Origin: Candidatus Limnocylindria bacterium | GTDB lineage: Bacteria > Chloroflexota > Limnocylindria > QHBO01 | Direction: 5' to 3' | Length of the DNA stretch: 64,000 nt | Assembly: GCA_038233215.1 (NCBI GenBank) | Contig: JBBSML010000004.1 | Location: forward strand, 11,899 to 75,898 | Notes under the pieces: model-generated | The model's database searches: none | What the model saw: the letters and a program-made list of their open reading frames with translations, nothing else | Told to the model about the DNA's origin: nothing | Made by a program: the position numbers and the translations under genes | In this document: positions 19,701 through 30,387 of the stretch, one piece after another | How positions within the stretch are numbered: position 1 is the stretch's first letter | Layout of the letters: each line of letters begins with the position of its first letter

Positions 19701-22164
19701 TCGCAGCGGGGAGGGTCTGACCTCGCGCGTGATTGAGCGGCGCGAGGCCATGCTTCTCAACGACGAGGCGGATTGGAACGAGCTGGGCCAGCGGGGGGTC
19801 GGGACCCCCGCGAAGTCCTGGCTCGGCGTGCCGATCGTCGCGGGCGAACGGGTCATCGGCGCAATGAGCGTCCAGAGCCTGACCCACGAAGGTCGCTTCA
19901 CGACCGCCGACCAGAGCCTGCTGACCACCATCGCCGCAAACGTCGGCGTCGCCGTCCAAAATGCGCGGCTCTACGCCGAAACGCGGCGGCGCGCAGAGGA
20001 AATGGCCGCGCTCGCGGAGGTTGGGCGCCAGGTGTCCGCGACGCTCGAGTTGTCGGTGGTGCTCGAACGTATCGCCGACCGGGCAAAGACCCTGCTGCGC
20101 GCCGACACCAGCGCCGTCTTCCTTCCACAGCCCGACAGAAACGAATTTCGAGCAATCGTCGCTCTCGGCACCGTGGCCGACGCGATCCTCGCCGATGCCG
20201 TGACCCCGGGTCAGGGCATCATCGGTGACATCGCCACGACCGGACGCGCCGAGTTCGTGAACAGCACCAAGCACGATCGCCGGTCGGTGACGATCCCCGG
20301 CACCGACGAGGACGAGGACGATCGCCTCATGGCGGCGCCGCTGACGATCCGCGGCGAGGTGGCGGGCGTGCTCGTCGTTTGGCGCTTTGAAGGTTCGGCC
20401 CCCTTCACGACAGCCGACCTCAGCTTCCTCGGCGGACTCTCGCAGCAGGCGGCGATAGCGCTCCAAAACGCGCGGCTCTTCGCCGATGCCGAAGAGTCAC
20501 GTCGGGTCGCCGAGCAGGCGAACGAGGCGAAAAGCAGCTTCCTTGCAGCGATGAGCCACGAGATCCGGACCCCGCTCAACGCCGTGATCGGCATGAGCGG
20601 CCTGCTGCTCGACACGACCCTGAACGAGGAGCAGCACGAGTTTGCGGAGACGATCCGCACCTCGGGCGACGCCCTCCTCACCATCATCAGCGATGTTCTC
20701 GACTTCTCGAAAATCGAGGCCGGCCGCGTCGATCTCGAGGCACGGCCATTCGTACTGCGAGATGCGGTGGAGGCCTCGCTCGACATCCTTGCGCCATCGG
20801 CGGCGAAGAAGGGGCTCGAGCTCGTGTACGCCATCGACGAGGAAGTGCCCCAGGTTCTCGTCGGCGACACCGGACGACTCCGCCAGATGCTCCTCAACCT
20901 GTTGTCGAACGCGGTGAAGTTCACGGAGCATGGCGAGGTGGTCGTAACGGTCGCTGGCTCGAGACTCGCATCGGACGGGGCACAGGACCGATCGACACAC
21001 GCAGGCGCCGATCGCTGGGAGCTGCGGATCGACGTGCGCGACACCGGCATCGGCATCCCGCCCGACGCGATGGGAAAGCTGTTCCAGTCCTTCAGCCAGG
21101 TCGATGCCTCGATCGCGCGCCGCTACGGCGGCACCGGCCTCGGTCTCGCCATCAGCCGACGGCTGGCGGAGCTGATGGACGGCGACCTGGCCGCCAACAG
21201 CAGTGGCGTGGCGGGGGAGGGGAGCATCTTCCACCTCACCGTGCGGATGGCGGAGGGCGCCGCCGACGCCGTCGCCCCGGCTCGACCACGCCGCATGGAT
21301 GCGGACCTGACCGGACGGACGGTCCTCATCGTCGACGACAATGCCACCAACCGGCGCATCCTCGTCGCTCAGACGGCCCGATGGGGGATGGTGCCGCGCG
21401 AGACCGGCTCGCCGGCAGAGGCGCTCGGCTGGCTCCAGGCCGGGGAACGCTTCGACATCGCCCTGTTCGACCTGCTGATGCCCGAACTTGATGGGCTCGA
21501 GCTTGCTGCGGAGGTCGCGTCGATGACGCCGAATGGCGACGCGCGCCCGATGCCGATCGTCGTGCTCAGTTCGGTCGGAGTGCGCGATCGGGAGGGAACG
21601 CCACTGGCCGCCTGGCTCGCAAAGCCGGTGAAGCCGTCGGCCCTCTTTGACACGATCGCCACGGTCCTGCTTGGCGAAACGGTAGTCCGCTCTCCGACTC
21701 CGGCCCTATCGGAGCCAGGCTCCGCTGCCGACCTCGGCATCCGCCATCCGCTTCGGATCCTGCTCGCCGAAGACAACGCGGTAAATCAGAAGTTGGCTCT
21801 TCGATTGCTGGCGCAGATGTCCTACGAAGCACACGTCGCCGACGACGGACGCCAGGCCGTCGAGGCATTGGAGCGCGAACGGTTCGACGTCGTGCTGATG
21901 GACGTGCAGATGCCGGAGCTCGACGGGCTCGGGGCCACCCGAGAGATCCGGGCGCGATGGCCGGTCGAGCCGGTGTGGATCGTGGCGATGACGGCCAACG
22001 CCATGGCCGGGGATCGCGAGGCATGCCTCGCGGCCGGGATGAACGATTACATCAGCAAGCCCGTCCGGCCCGCCGAACTGGCTGCGGCGCTTGCGCGGGT
22101 GCCCGTGCCGAACGGAGCAGCCGGTCATGGAGCAGTGCACACGAAGGGACAAGCCCATGAATGA
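16714..22164 (+). CDS. Cytoplasmic hybrid sensor histidine kinase (7 GAF, HisKA, HATPase, 2 REC)
   Basis: Seven GAF repeats linked by ENARLF-type helices; [11 protein letters not shown]-box; NAVKFT, DTGIG, GGTGLGL; two receivers (DLLMP, DVQMP); no TM. Confidence 0.93.
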   Translation: MAAVAERVRHPPTRGSTTIPEHRPPNTSETPHRAADEPETPVGRLGRSESMQAALYRIADTASAAKDMPSFYAAIHEIVGELMYADNFYIALYDDERQRINYPFFVDEVDTDLPDPNAWEVFGIGDAAGVTAHVLRTGRPTYLDAARFEQLLASGEVQPAGDTSVLQWLGTPLRSDGRTIGVLAVQNYRADRTLTPDDLDLLTFVGQHIGTALTRARAIEETRQRNAELALVNEVATALSMQLDFDAIIELVGDQISAIFESDSVGVSLHEPDTNILSFPYLFDRGVRLQVDAIELGAGLNSEVITTRRPLRVSSNEEMAEHNALTARRFEGDDEQAESWLGVPVLVGDRVLGVISIERVEAYAIDDADERLLSTLASSLGVALENARLFAETKRLLTEADERAAELSIVNSVQQGLAQNLDMQAMYDLVGDKIREIFDAQVVDIGIIDPEARLMHFPYSIERGVRFPDEPTQVDSSPLMLEILRERRSMVWNDMPAWQAEHGVVAPVVQGEPSLSVIIAPLMAGGDVRGRISLQNLDRADAFTESDVRLLSTLAGSLSVALENARLFDETKRLLTETDERAAELAIINSVQEGLAQNLNMQAMYDLVGDKIQEIFDAQVVDIGIYDTAAATISFPYTIERGVRLPDEMIRIEDSHLSKTVLETRQPLHVRDVPRWLAETDVVQALQGEQPQSLLLAPLIVAGEVRGRISIQNLDRIDAFSESDVRLLTTLASSLSVALENARLFDETRRLLTETDRRAAELAIVNSVQRGLSSELDVQAMYELVGERATDVFDANVVDIAIFDRDEDLMRFPFIIERGVRFDDHPGPVIGFRRRVMETGQPVVVTHDLGTEAAEVGQPAQLIGEPAKSAIFAPLALGDKVLGVISLQNLDREYAFSEADVSLLTTIAASLSIALRTGRLIDETRQRVAELGTINEVSEAITAQLEVNPLLALVGDKTRDAFDADIAYVALVDDESGLIEFPYYVEKGTELPQPPLRSGEGLTSRVIERREAMLLNDEADWNELGQRGVGTPAKSWLGVPIVAGERVIGAMSVQSLTHEGRFTTADQSLLTTIAANVGVAVQNARLYAETRRRAEEMAALAEVGRQVSATLELSVVLERIADRAKTLLRADTSAVFLPQPDRNEFRAIVALGTVADAILADAVTPGQGIIGDIATTGRAEFVNSTKHDRRSVTIPGTDEDEDDRLMAAPLTIRGEVAGVLVVWRFEGSAPFTTADLSFLGGLSQQAAIALQNARLFADAEESRRVAEQANEAKSSFLAAMSHEIRTPLNAVIGMSGLLLDTTLNEEQHEFAETIRTSGDALLTIISDVLDFSKIEAGRVDLEARPFVLRDAVEASLDILAPSAAKKGLELVYAIDEEVPQVLVGDTGRLRQMLLNLLSNAVKFTEHGEVVVTVAGSRLASDGAQDRSTHAGADRWELRIDVRDTGIGIPPDAMGKLFQSFSQVDASIARRYGGTGLGLAISRRLAELMDGDLAANSSGVAGEGSIFHLTVRMAEGAADAVAPARPRRMDADLTGRTVLIVDDNATNRRILVAQTARWGMVPRETGSPAEALGWLQAGERFDIALFDLLMPELDGLELAAEVASMTPNGDARPMPIVVLSSVGVRDREGTPLAAWLAKPVKPSALFDTIATVLLGETVVRSPTPALSEPGSAADLGIRHPLRILLAEDNAVNQKLALRLLAQMSYEAHVADDGRQAVEALERERFDVVLMDVQMPELDGLGATREIRARWPVEPVWIVAMTANAMAGDREACLAAGMNDYISKPVRPAELAAALARVPVPNGAAGHGAVHTKGQAHE

Positions 22165-22534
22165 GCTTGAGACACCGGTCCTCGACGCGGCCGTGCTCGA
22201 GGAGCTCGCGAAGTCGGTCGGCGGCGACCGTGAATTCGTCGTCGATCTGATCGGAACCTACCTCGACGACACGGAGGGCCAGATCGCGGCGATCGAAGCG
22301 GCCGTCGCTGCCGACGACCCTGCGGCGCTCGTTCGTCCGGCACACACGCTGAAGTCAAGCAGCGCGACGCTCGGGGCAAAGCGGTTGGCCGAGCGGGCAC
22401 GAGCGCTCGAGATTGCCGGTCGCTCCGAGCGCATCGACGATGGCGCCCGCGTCGATGCCGAGCAGCTCGCGCAGGACTGGCGGGAGGCCAAGACCGCGCT
22501 GCAGGAGTGGATGGCGAGGAGCGACACCTCGTGA
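22157..22534 (+). CDS. Hpt phosphotransfer protein
   Basis: [13 protein letters not shown] motif; overlaps kinase stop. Confidence 0.92.
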   Translation: MNELETPVLDAAVLEELAKSVGGDREFVVDLIGTYLDDTEGQIAAIEAAVAADDPAALVRPAHTLKSSSATLGAKRLAERARALEIAGRSERIDDGARVDAEQLAQDWREAKTALQEWMARSDTS

Positions 22535-23619
22535 GTGAGGTTCGAATCGCGCTCGTCGTGGATGACAGTCGAGTCAACCGGCTGGTGCTGACCCGTCAGC
22601 TGAGAGCGCTCGGCCTGGAGGTCCTCGAAGCCGAGAACGGGATCGAGGCGCTCGACCTGGTTCGCGCCCACGCGAGCGCAATCGACGTCGTCCTCCTCGA
22701 TGTCATCATGCCCGAGCTCGATGGCTACGACACCCTCGCCACGCTGAAGGCCGATGACGCCACCCGACACATCCCGGTCATCATCGTCTCCGGGGTCGAG
22801 GAGCTCGACAGCGTCGTTCGCTGCATCGAGCTGGGCGCCACCGACTACCTGACCAAGCCGATCAACGCACGGGTCCTCGAAGCGCGCCTCAACGCGTCGC
22901 TGGCCGCCAAACGCCTCAGGGATCTCGAGCTGGAGCACATCGAGCAGCAACGCAGGCTGACCGAGACGATCGATCGACAGAAGACCGAACTGAGTCGCTT
23001 CCTCTCGCCACAGATCTCTGCGCTCATCTCGTCGCCGGAGGGGGAGCAGCTGCTGGCCGGGCATCGGCGCATGATCACCGTCGCCTTCTGCGACCTGCGC
23101 GGTTTCACCTCGTTCGCCGAGCAGGCTGATCCGGAGGAGATGCTCGGCGTCCTGGGCGAGTATCACCGCATGATCGGCGAGTCCATCGTGAGGCACGGCG
23201 GCACGCTCGAGCATTTCGCAGGTGACGGCGTCATGGTCTTCTTCAATGACCCGATCGTCCAGGAAGACCATGTTGAGCGGGCCGTTCGGATGGCGGTCGA
23301 GATGCGCAGCCGGTTCGAGGACCTCGGGGCGGGCTGGCGCAAGCGCGGCTACGAACTGGGGTTCGGCATCGGCATCGCCGTAGGCTACGCCACGCTCGGG
23401 CGTATCGGTTTCGAAGGCCGCCACGACTACGGCGCCATCGGCAACGTCGTCATCCTGGCGTCGCGGCTCAGCAGTCAGGCAGCGGCCAACCAGATCCTGC
23501 TCAGCCAGCGTGCAGCCGGCATGGTCGAGGAAATCGTTGACGTCGAATCGGTCGGTGAATTGCAGATCAAGGGCTTGAGCCGGCCGGTGAGCGCCAGCAA
23601 CGTGCTCGTCCTGCGCTGA
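22531..23619 (+). CDS. Response regulator receiver fused to class III nucleotidyl cyclase
   Basis: VVDD..LLDVIMP..YLTKP receiver; FCDLRGFT, FAGDG, GIGIAVG, LASRL cyclase motifs. Confidence 0.92.
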   Translation: MSEVRIALVVDDSRVNRLVLTRQLRALGLEVLEAENGIEALDLVRAHASAIDVVLLDVIMPELDGYDTLATLKADDATRHIPVIIVSGVEELDSVVRCIELGATDYLTKPINARVLEARLNASLAAKRLRDLELEHIEQQRRLTETIDRQKTELSRFLSPQISALISSPEGEQLLAGHRRMITVAFCDLRGFTSFAEQADPEEMLGVLGEYHRMIGESIVRHGGTLEHFAGDGVMVFFNDPIVQEDHVERAVRMAVEMRSRFEDLGAGWRKRGYELGFGIGIAVGYATLGRIGFEGRHDYGAIGNVVILASRLSSQAAANQILLSQRAAGMVEEIVDVESVGELQIKGLSRPVSASNVLVLR

Positions 23620-23935
23620 TTCTCAGCGCTCGAGGCGGGCGAGTGCCGTTCGCTACATCGGGTTCTACTCGCTATCCGGGACGATTATATAACATAACAT
23701 ACATTTGCGGAAGTCCAATCTACGCTTGGACTGAGTAGTGCTGTGAACGCCGGTCGACGGCAGCGTGCGCTCATCGGCATCGTGATTGCCGGGTGTGCCG
23801 TTTGTTCTTCGCGGTGCTTGGCGTGGTGCGGTGCTTCCTTGGCGATTAGATTCAGGTTGGCTCGCGCTTGTGGTCCTAGAACGCATGGACGATATTCCTA
23901 TGGGAACCCAGCCTGCGCGCGCATAGGTTCCCCGC

Positions 23936-24181
23936 ATGCATCACACACTCTGGTCGACCGCCATCGCGGGACTCGGGCTCGGCAGCATGGCAATGGTGGG
24001 TGGAACGGCCATTGGCGGCGAACTGGGTCCGCTGGCGATCGGATACGGCCTGCTGGTGGCGCTCGCAGCCCTGTACCTGGTGGCCGGCCTGGCCGTCCGT
24101 GAGCGGGTCTGGCGCCGCCTTTCCGCCCCGAACATCGGACGGCCGCATGCGGATCGTCTGGTAGGCCGCCGCGTCTTTTAA
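23936..24181 (+). CDS. Small two-TM membrane protein
   Basis: Two hydrophobic helices, basic tail; TAGGTT 6 nt before ATG (leaderless pattern). Confidence 0.6.
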   Translation: MHHTLWSTAIAGLGLGSMAMVGGTAIGGELGPLAIGYGLLVALAALYLVAGLAVRERVWRRLSAPNIGRPHADRLVGRRVF

Positions 24182-25560
24182 CCCACGCCTCGCCGTTGCC
24201 GCAGCGCTTCGAAGCCGATGATGGCCGCCGAGGTCGCGGCTCCAAGCTCCGGTGCACGGTCTCGCCCGTAGCCGATCCTGACGCGGACATCCGCCTGTTC
24301 GACGAACGATCGCGTCACACCGCGCCGCTCGCCACCGATAAGCATGAATAGGCCACCGGTCAGATCTGTCTTGCTGAGCTCGATGGCCTCATCGGTGGCA
24401 ACCGCGCATGCAATGCGCATTCCGCGTCGCCTGCACGCATCAGCAGCCTCTTCGGCTGATGCGGTCATCGCCGTCGGAATGAGCTCGCTCGCGCCTGCCG
24501 AAGCGCGTGTCACCGTACTGATTGCCGTCTCCCAGCTGCGCCGGACGACGAGCGCATCGACGCCTGCGGCGTACATCGCCCGAACCGCCTGTCCGAAATT
24601 GAATGGATCTTCGATGCCATCGAGCATGATGATCAGGGACCGATCCCCCACCTCGGTCAACAATGTCCCGATGCTCTGTTGGCGGCGTGGAGCAACTAGG
24701 CCGATCACGCCGCCGTGGGATCGCCCGGAGGCGAGCTCATTGATCGTCTCGGCCGCAACCTGGTCGATCGTCACGCCGCGCTCGCGGGCTAGTGCGCGCA
24801 GCCGTCCAAAGCGTCGGTCGCCGGGACGCGTGGCCCAGATACGACGCACCTGACGCACCTCGCCCTCGAGGGCAGCCTCGACCGATACGTGGCCCTCCAC
24901 GACCATCGGCCATTGGTTGATCGGGTTAGCGCCGCGGTCCGGGCCATATGGTATGAAATCGCCATCAGCGAGGTACGGGGCCTCGGCGGAAACGGGCGGT
25001 AGGCCGATTTCGGCACGGCGCGTTTCGAGGTGAGCGGCATCGGCCACGGGCAGGGGGAACTCGGGCTCCCCGTCCGCGGCCAGGATGGCGATGGTGCCGT
25101 ACGTCTGGCGTTCACCGGCCACCGCGGCCACACGATCGGTCAGCGTGCCGAGATGACGCGGGTCCGCGTCGCCCGTATCGACCGCGGTGGCGAGGACCGG
25201 GATCCACGAACGTCGCAGCTCGTTCGCGCGATCGGCATGCTGAGCCAGCATCCAGGCCGCGTCCGTACCGTCGGCGCCGACCAGTCGCAGTCCTGGCCAT
25301 TCGCCGGTGTCCTCGATCAGCGCGGCGAAACGTGAGACGTTGGCTTCGTTGACCGCAAGCAGTGACCGTGCCTCTGGCGGAGCATCATCCCAGGAGTCGA
25401 GGGCGACAATGAGCGGGGTGAGAGGTCCCTTCAGCCGTCGTTCCAGTTCCTTGTCGAGCACGGCATCCTCGGCGCAGCGCGCGAAGAATGCGTCGGCGGC
25501 CGCAAGCTCGCGCGCGGTCATCTCGAGGAGCTCCTGGCGGAGCCAGGGCAGCGAAGGCAT
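24178..25560 (-). CDS. DUF6624-like domain fused to TrmH/SpoU-family RNA methyltransferase
   Basis: N-part WPGLRLVG.DG..AAWMLAQHAD..LTDRV..QTYGT..RRAEIGL; C-part HGGV, LDGIEDPFNFG..R, TRASAGASE, IGGERRG. Confidence 0.8.
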   Translation of the reverse strand: MPSLPWLRQELLEMTARELAAADAFFARCAEDAVLDKELERRLKGPLTPLIVALDSWDDAPPEARSLLAVNEANVSRFAALIEDTGEWPGLRLVGADGTDAAWMLAQHADRANELRRSWIPVLATAVDTGDADPRHLGTLTDRVAAVAGERQTYGTIAILAADGEPEFPLPVADAAHLETRRAEIGLPPVSAEAPYLADGDFIPYGPDRGANPINQWPMVVEGHVSVEAALEGEVRQVRRIWATRPGDRRFGRLRALARERGVTIDQVAAETINELASGRSHGGVIGLVAPRRQQSIGTLLTEVGDRSLIIMLDGIEDPFNFGQAVRAMYAAGVDALVVRRSWETAISTVTRASAGASELIPTAMTASAEEAADACRRRGMRIACAVATDEAIELSKTDLTGGLFMLIGGERRGVTRSFVEQADVRVRIGYGRDRAPELGAATSAAIIGFEALRQRRGVG

Positions 25561-25568
25561 GCGGGATT

Positions 25569-26867
25569 TCAGCGAGATGTGGCGCCGCGCCGGCGCGTTG
25601 CGCGGCCGGCTGCGCTCAGCTCAGCCGCGATGCCCTCCGGCAAGTGGCCACGGACGCGAACACCGCGCTCCTCGTAGCGCTCCTCGACCTCTCCCGAGGT
25701 TCGCGCACGGGCAACGAGCTCACCGCGCTCGTAGGGCACCACCGCATCGACGACGACCATCTGTCCGCGCAGCGCGTCCGCAATCCGTTCCCGCAGCAGA
25801 TCCAGCCCCGCCCCCGTCACGGCGCTGACAAAGACAGCCCGCTCGGTCGAGGGAGCAGCATCGATCTCCACCGCGAGCAGGTCGATCTTGTTGAAGACGG
25901 TGATGCGCGGCTTGTCTCCCGCGCCCAACTCGTCGAGGACCGTCTGCACTGCCGACTGTTGGCCCAGGAAGTCGGGATCGGCGGCGTCGACGATCTCGAG
26001 CAGGAGGTCGGCGCGCATGACCTCTTCGAGGGTCGCGCGGAAGGCGTCGACAAGATCGTGTGGGAGCTTGTTGATGAAGCCCACGGTATCGGTGATGACG
26101 GCCTGCTGCCCGTTCGGGAGCGATACCTGGCGGCTGGTTGGGTCGAGCGTGGCGAAGAGCATGTCGGCGGCGTACAGGTTCGCATCGGCGAGCGCGTTGA
26201 GGACCGTGCTCTTGCCTGCATTCGTATAGCCGACAAGCGCAACGCTGGCGACGTCATTACGGTCCCGCTTCCGTGTGGCGATGGCCCGATGCTTCTCGAC
26301 CTCCGCAAGGTCTGCCTTGACCTTCTTGATCTTGTCGCGAATCAGACGGCGGTCGGTCTCGAGTTGACTCTCGCCAGGCCCGCGCGTCCCGATCCCGCCA
26401 CCCGTGCGCGAGAGATGCGTCCACAGGCGGGTCAGGCGCGGGAGGTGGTATTCGAGCGCGGCCAGCTCGACTTGGAGGCGACCCTCCTTGGTCTTGGCAT
26501 GGCGGGCGAAGATATCGATGATCAGCGCCGACCGGTCCAGCACCTTGCACTCGAGCAACGTCTCGAGGCTGCGCTGCTGGTTCGGTGCCAGCTCGTCATC
26601 GACGATGAGCACGTTGAAGTCGCTCTCGGCCTTCTCATCCAACAGTTCGGCGGCGCGCCCCTTGCCGAAATACCAGACGGGATCCGCTTTGGGTCGACGC
26701 TGAGAAGCCTGGCCGACGACGGTCGCCCCGGCTGTTTCAGCCAGAGCGCCGAGTTCCGCGAGTGAGCGCTCCACCGGCCAGCGATCATCATCGGGACCAT
26801 CCAGACCGATCAGAAAGGCACGCTCATCCGGTGTCGTGAGGTCGATCATGCGCGGGCGTTCAGTCAT
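25569..26867 (-). CDS. hflX: GTPase HflX
   Basis: IFARHAKTKEG.LQVELA, GPGESQLE, GYTNAGKS, FATLDPT, DTVGF, NKID. Confidence 0.97.
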   Translation of the reverse strand: MTERPRMIDLTTPDERAFLIGLDGPDDDRWPVERSLAELGALAETAGATVVGQASQRRPKADPVWYFGKGRAAELLDEKAESDFNVLIVDDELAPNQQRSLETLLECKVLDRSALIIDIFARHAKTKEGRLQVELAALEYHLPRLTRLWTHLSRTGGGIGTRGPGESQLETDRRLIRDKIKKVKADLAEVEKHRAIATRKRDRNDVASVALVGYTNAGKSTVLNALADANLYAADMLFATLDPTSRQVSLPNGQQAVITDTVGFINKLPHDLVDAFRATLEEVMRADLLLEIVDAADPDFLGQQSAVQTVLDELGAGDKPRITVFNKIDLLAVEIDAAPSTERAVFVSAVTGAGLDLLRERIADALRGQMVVVDAVVPYERGELVARARTSGEVEERYEERGVRVRGHLPEGIAAELSAAGRATRRRGATSR

Positions 26868-26905
26868 AGGTTCGATCCATGGTAGCCGAGCATGCGGCAT
26901 AGGGC

Positions 26906-27847
26906 TCAGTGGCCACCCGACCGGATGAGTGCGTCAGCGCGCTCGACAAGGTCAGGATCGTCGGTCGGTTCCTCCCCGGCCGATATCCAGCTGATGCGAG
27001 GGTCGCGCCCGAACCAGGTGAGCTGACGCTTGGCGTATTGTCTCGTACGGCGCGCGGTTATCTCGATCGCCTCGTCCAGCGACCACTCCCCCGCCAGGTG
27101 ACGCGCCGCCTCGCGGTATCCGTGGCCGCTCATCGGTCGCAGCTCGGGTCCGTAGCCGGCGTCCAGCAGCGCACGAACCTCGTCGAGCAAACCGCTGGCG
27201 AACAGGCGCCTCGCGCGCTGATCGATGCGCCGATACAGCACCTCGCGTGGCCGGTTGATGCCGAGGAGCGCGATGCGTCTGCCGAAGGGCTCGCTGACGG
27301 GAGCCACTCCCCCACCTGCGGTCTCGAACCGCTCCAGCGCGCGGAGCACACGCCGCGGATTGTGCAGGTCGGTTCGCTCGGCCGCCTCCGGGTCAGCGGT
27401 CCTCAATCGATCGGCGAGTGGTGCCAGTCCATCGGCCTCCAGGGCCTTCGTCAGCCGCGCCATCACGCCGGGCACGGAAGGCTGCGATGCATAATCGTGG
27501 CCGTCCAGCAGCGCGGAAACATACAGGCCGGTGCCACCCACCAGCATCGGGATCCGACCGCGCCTTCCGATCTCGGGAAGCAATGATCGGGCACGCTCAA
27601 CCCAGTGCGCCACGGTGAACGGCTCATCAGGATCGACAATGTCGAGCAGGTGATGCGGGACGGCTGCCTGCGCGACCGCATCCGGCTTGGCCGTGCCGAT
27701 ATCCATCCCGCGGTAGACCTGACGAGAATCGGCCACCAGGAACTCGACCGGCCAGATGCGAGCCAGCGCCAGCGCCAGGTCCGTCTTGCCCGATGCTGTC
27801 GGCCCCACGATGCCGATGACGGGTCCCGCGACCTCGGCCCGGCTCAT
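26906..27847 (-). CDS. miaA: tRNA dimethylallyltransferase
   Basis: GPTASGKT, DSRQVYRGMDIGTAKP, VGGTGLY, TRQYAKRQLTWF. Confidence 0.97.
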   Translation of the reverse strand: MSRAEVAGPVIGIVGPTASGKTDLALALARIWPVEFLVADSRQVYRGMDIGTAKPDAVAQAAVPHHLLDIVDPDEPFTVAHWVERARSLLPEIGRRGRIPMLVGGTGLYVSALLDGHDYASQPSVPGVMARLTKALEADGLAPLADRLRTADPEAAERTDLHNPRRVLRALERFETAGGGVAPVSEPFGRRIALLGINRPREVLYRRIDQRARRLFASGLLDEVRALLDAGYGPELRPMSGHGYREAARHLAGEWSLDEAIEITARRTRQYAKRQLTWFGRDPRISWISAGEEPTDDPDLVERADALIRSGGH

Positions 27848-27865
27848 TCCCTCATTCCTCGCGCG

Positions 27866-27885
27866 GAGTATATACATATATACTC
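27866..27885. promoter_or_regulatory. Perfect AT-rich palindrome overlapping miaA promoter
   Basis: GAGTATATA-CA-TATATACTC; contains TATACT on the minus strand. Confidence 0.6.
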
Positions 27886-27898
27886 GACGACCACGAAC

Positions 27899-28708
27899 CT
27901 ACACCTCGATCAGGCGTTGGACCTGTTCGATGGCGATGGCGCGCCCGGTGGCCGGATCCGCAGTGATGACGACCGCGTTGAATGAGACCGGTCCCTCGGC
28001 AACCGCGAATCGGGTCGGGAGGTGGCGAGTGAAGCGCGGCAGCACCGTCTCGAGGCTGAATCCGATCACGGAGTCGCGCGGTCCAGTCATCCCGATGTCG
28101 CTGATGAAGGCCGTGCCGCCCGGAAGCACGCGGGCATCCGCGGTTGGCACGTGCGTGTGCGTGCCAACCACGCCGGAGACCCGCCCATTGAGATACCAAC
28201 CCATCGCGTTCTTCTCAGAGGTGATCTCGCAGTGGAAGTCTAGGATCCGTACCGCTGGAAGCGGTTCGGCCGACTCGTCGAGCAGCTCGTCGAGCTTGGT
28301 GAACGGCGAATCCAGCTGGTTCATGAAGACGCGGCCCATGGCGTTGATGACGGCCACCTCGGTTCCATCATCGGCGTGATGAACCAGCCATCCGCGTCCC
28401 GGCGCCTCATCGGGGTAGTTGATCGGACGAAGGACGGGGCGGTCCGTGTCGAGGTAGTCGTAGATCTCGCGTTTGTCCCAGATGTGATTGCCGCTGGTGA
28501 TAACGTCGACCCCACCGCCCAGCAGCTCCTCTGCCAGGCTTGGTGTCAGCCCAGCGCCGGCAGCCATGTTCTCGCCGTTGGCGATCACAAGGTCGATCGT
28601 TAGCTCCCGACGGAGATCCGGCAGCGTCTGCATAACGGCCAGGCGGCCCGGCTTGCCGATGATGTCGCCGATGACGCAGATGCGGACGCCACCAGCCGCG
28701 GCGCTCAC
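27899..28708 (-). CDS. ymdB: YmdB-family metallophosphoesterase
   Basis: [37 protein letters not shown]; directly after rny. Confidence 0.93.
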   Translation of the reverse strand: MSAAAGGVRICVIGDIIGKPGRLAVMQTLPDLRRELTIDLVIANGENMAAGAGLTPSLAEELLGGGVDVITSGNHIWDKREIYDYLDTDRPVLRPINYPDEAPGRGWLVHHADDGTEVAVINAMGRVFMNQLDSPFTKLDELLDESAEPLPAVRILDFHCEITSEKNAMGWYLNGRVSGVVGTHTHVPTADARVLPGGTAFISDIGMTGPRDSVIGFSLETVLPRFTRHLPTRFAVAEGPVSFNAVVITADPATGRAIAIEQVQRLIEV

Positions 28709-30237
28709 CGGGCGTAGTCGATGGCGCGTGTCTCGCGGATCACGGTCACCTTGATCTGTCCGGGGTACTGGAGCTCATCCTGGATCTTCTTCACCACGTC
28801 GCGGGCGAGACGGCTGGACGCGAGATCATCGATATCCTCGGGCCGGACGAGGATGCGGATCTCGCGGCCGGCCTGGATGGCGAAGCAGCGTTCGACGCCG
28901 GGAAAGCTGAGCGCAATCTGCTGGAGATCCTCGAGGCGTTTCACATAGTTGTCGAGGTTTTCGCCACGGGCGCCCGGCCGTGACGCACTGATTGCGTCGC
29001 CGATCTGCACAATGGTGGCCTCTACGCTCTCCTGCTCGACTTCCTGGTGGTGCGCGGCAATGGCATTGCATACGATCGCGTTCACGCCATACCGTTTCGC
29101 GATATCGGCTCCGATGGCAGCGTGGGCGCCTTCCACCTCGTGGTCGACCGCTTTGCCGATGTCGTGCAAGAAGCCACCCTTCTTTGCCTCGGCCACGTTG
29201 GCACCGATTTCTGCGGCAAGCAGGCCGGACAGACGGGCCGTCTCGACGGAGTGATTGAGCACATTCTGACCGTAGCTGGTTCGGTACTTCAGCCGGCCGA
29301 TCAGCTTGATCAGCTCGGGATGGAGGCCGGGCACGCCCGCCTCGTACGCGGCCTGCTCGCCGGCCTGGCGCATGACCACCTCGATCTCGGAGCGGCATTT
29401 CGCCACCGTCTCCTCGATGCGGCCCGGGTGAATGCGGCCGTCGCTGATCAGCTTGACCAGCGTCATGCGCGCCACCTCGCGCCGCACCGGATCGAAGCCG
29501 GAAAGGACGACCGCCTCGGGTGTGTCATCGATGATGAGGTCGACCCCGGTTGCCTGTTCGAGCGCTCGGATGTTGCGACCCTCCCGGCCGATGATGCGTC
29601 CCTTCATCTCCTCGTTCGGCAGTGGCACGACGGTGATCGTGGCCTCCGAGGTGTGATCGGCCGCGATGCGCTGCATGACGGTGGTCAGCACCCGTCGCGC
29701 CTTGTCCTCGCCCTCATCGTGCGCGAATCGCTCGATCTCGCGGACCCTGTGCTGAGCCTCGGCCTGCGCTTCGTCGACGATCTGGCTGATCAGCCCGTCC
29801 CGTGCCTCGGCTGCGCTCAATCCTGAGATCCGCTCAAGCTCCGCCAGCTGCCGCTCCTGGAGCGCGCGGCCGCGTGCGGTCTCCGCATCGAGCTCCTGCT
29901 GGCGAGCGACCAGGGCTACTTCGCGCCGCTCGAAGGCTTCCACCTTACGGTCGAGCGCCTCGTCCCGATCCAGGAGTCGGCGCTCTGAACGCTGCAGGGT
30001 GGCGCGCTGTTCACGCCCCTCTTCCTCGGCCGCACGGCGCAGCTGCAACGCCTCGTCCTTGCCCTCGAGGACAATCTCTTTCTGCTTGGCGCGCGCGTCG
30101 GAGACGAGCCGTTCTGCATAATGTTCGGCGTGCTTCACGGATCGCCCGCTCAGCACACTGCGGGCGAAGAATCCGATGACGATGCCGCCAACGGCGGCCA
30201 GCGTCGCCACGATGATGACGACGAGGAGATCAAGCAT
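28705..30237 (-). CDS. rny: Ribonuclease Y
   Basis: N-terminal TM, coiled coil, [30 protein letters not shown]. Confidence 0.97.
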   Translation of the reverse strand: MLDLLVVIIVATLAAVGGIVIGFFARSVLSGRSVKHAEHYAERLVSDARAKQKEIVLEGKDEALQLRRAAEEEGREQRATLQRSERRLLDRDEALDRKVEAFERREVALVARQQELDAETARGRALQERQLAELERISGLSAAEARDGLISQIVDEAQAEAQHRVREIERFAHDEGEDKARRVLTTVMQRIAADHTSEATITVVPLPNEEMKGRIIGREGRNIRALEQATGVDLIIDDTPEAVVLSGFDPVRREVARMTLVKLISDGRIHPGRIEETVAKCRSEIEVVMRQAGEQAAYEAGVPGLHPELIKLIGRLKYRTSYGQNVLNHSVETARLSGLLAAEIGANVAEAKKGGFLHDIGKAVDHEVEGAHAAIGADIAKRYGVNAIVCNAIAAHHQEVEQESVEATIVQIGDAISASRPGARGENLDNYVKRLEDLQQIALSFPGVERCFAIQAGREIRILVRPEDIDDLASSRLARDVVKKIQDELQYPGQIKVTVIRETRAIDYAR

Positions 30238-30387
30238 GTCGGCTCCCCCAATGCGTTGGAGCCCCGTGTGGGCAATATCGCGCCGGCCAGTGGCCGGAGC
30301 ATCGGCAAGTCAAGCAAGGCGTGCGTCTCGGGACGGTTCCCGATCGGGGGAGTGTAGCGCAACTCCGCCGATTGCCCGCGACGGCGC

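Noticed and set aside
22531-23619. Cyclase as a Pycsar/CBASS-type defence system
   Set aside because: It is receiver-fused within a two-component operon, with no adjacent cNMP-binding effector
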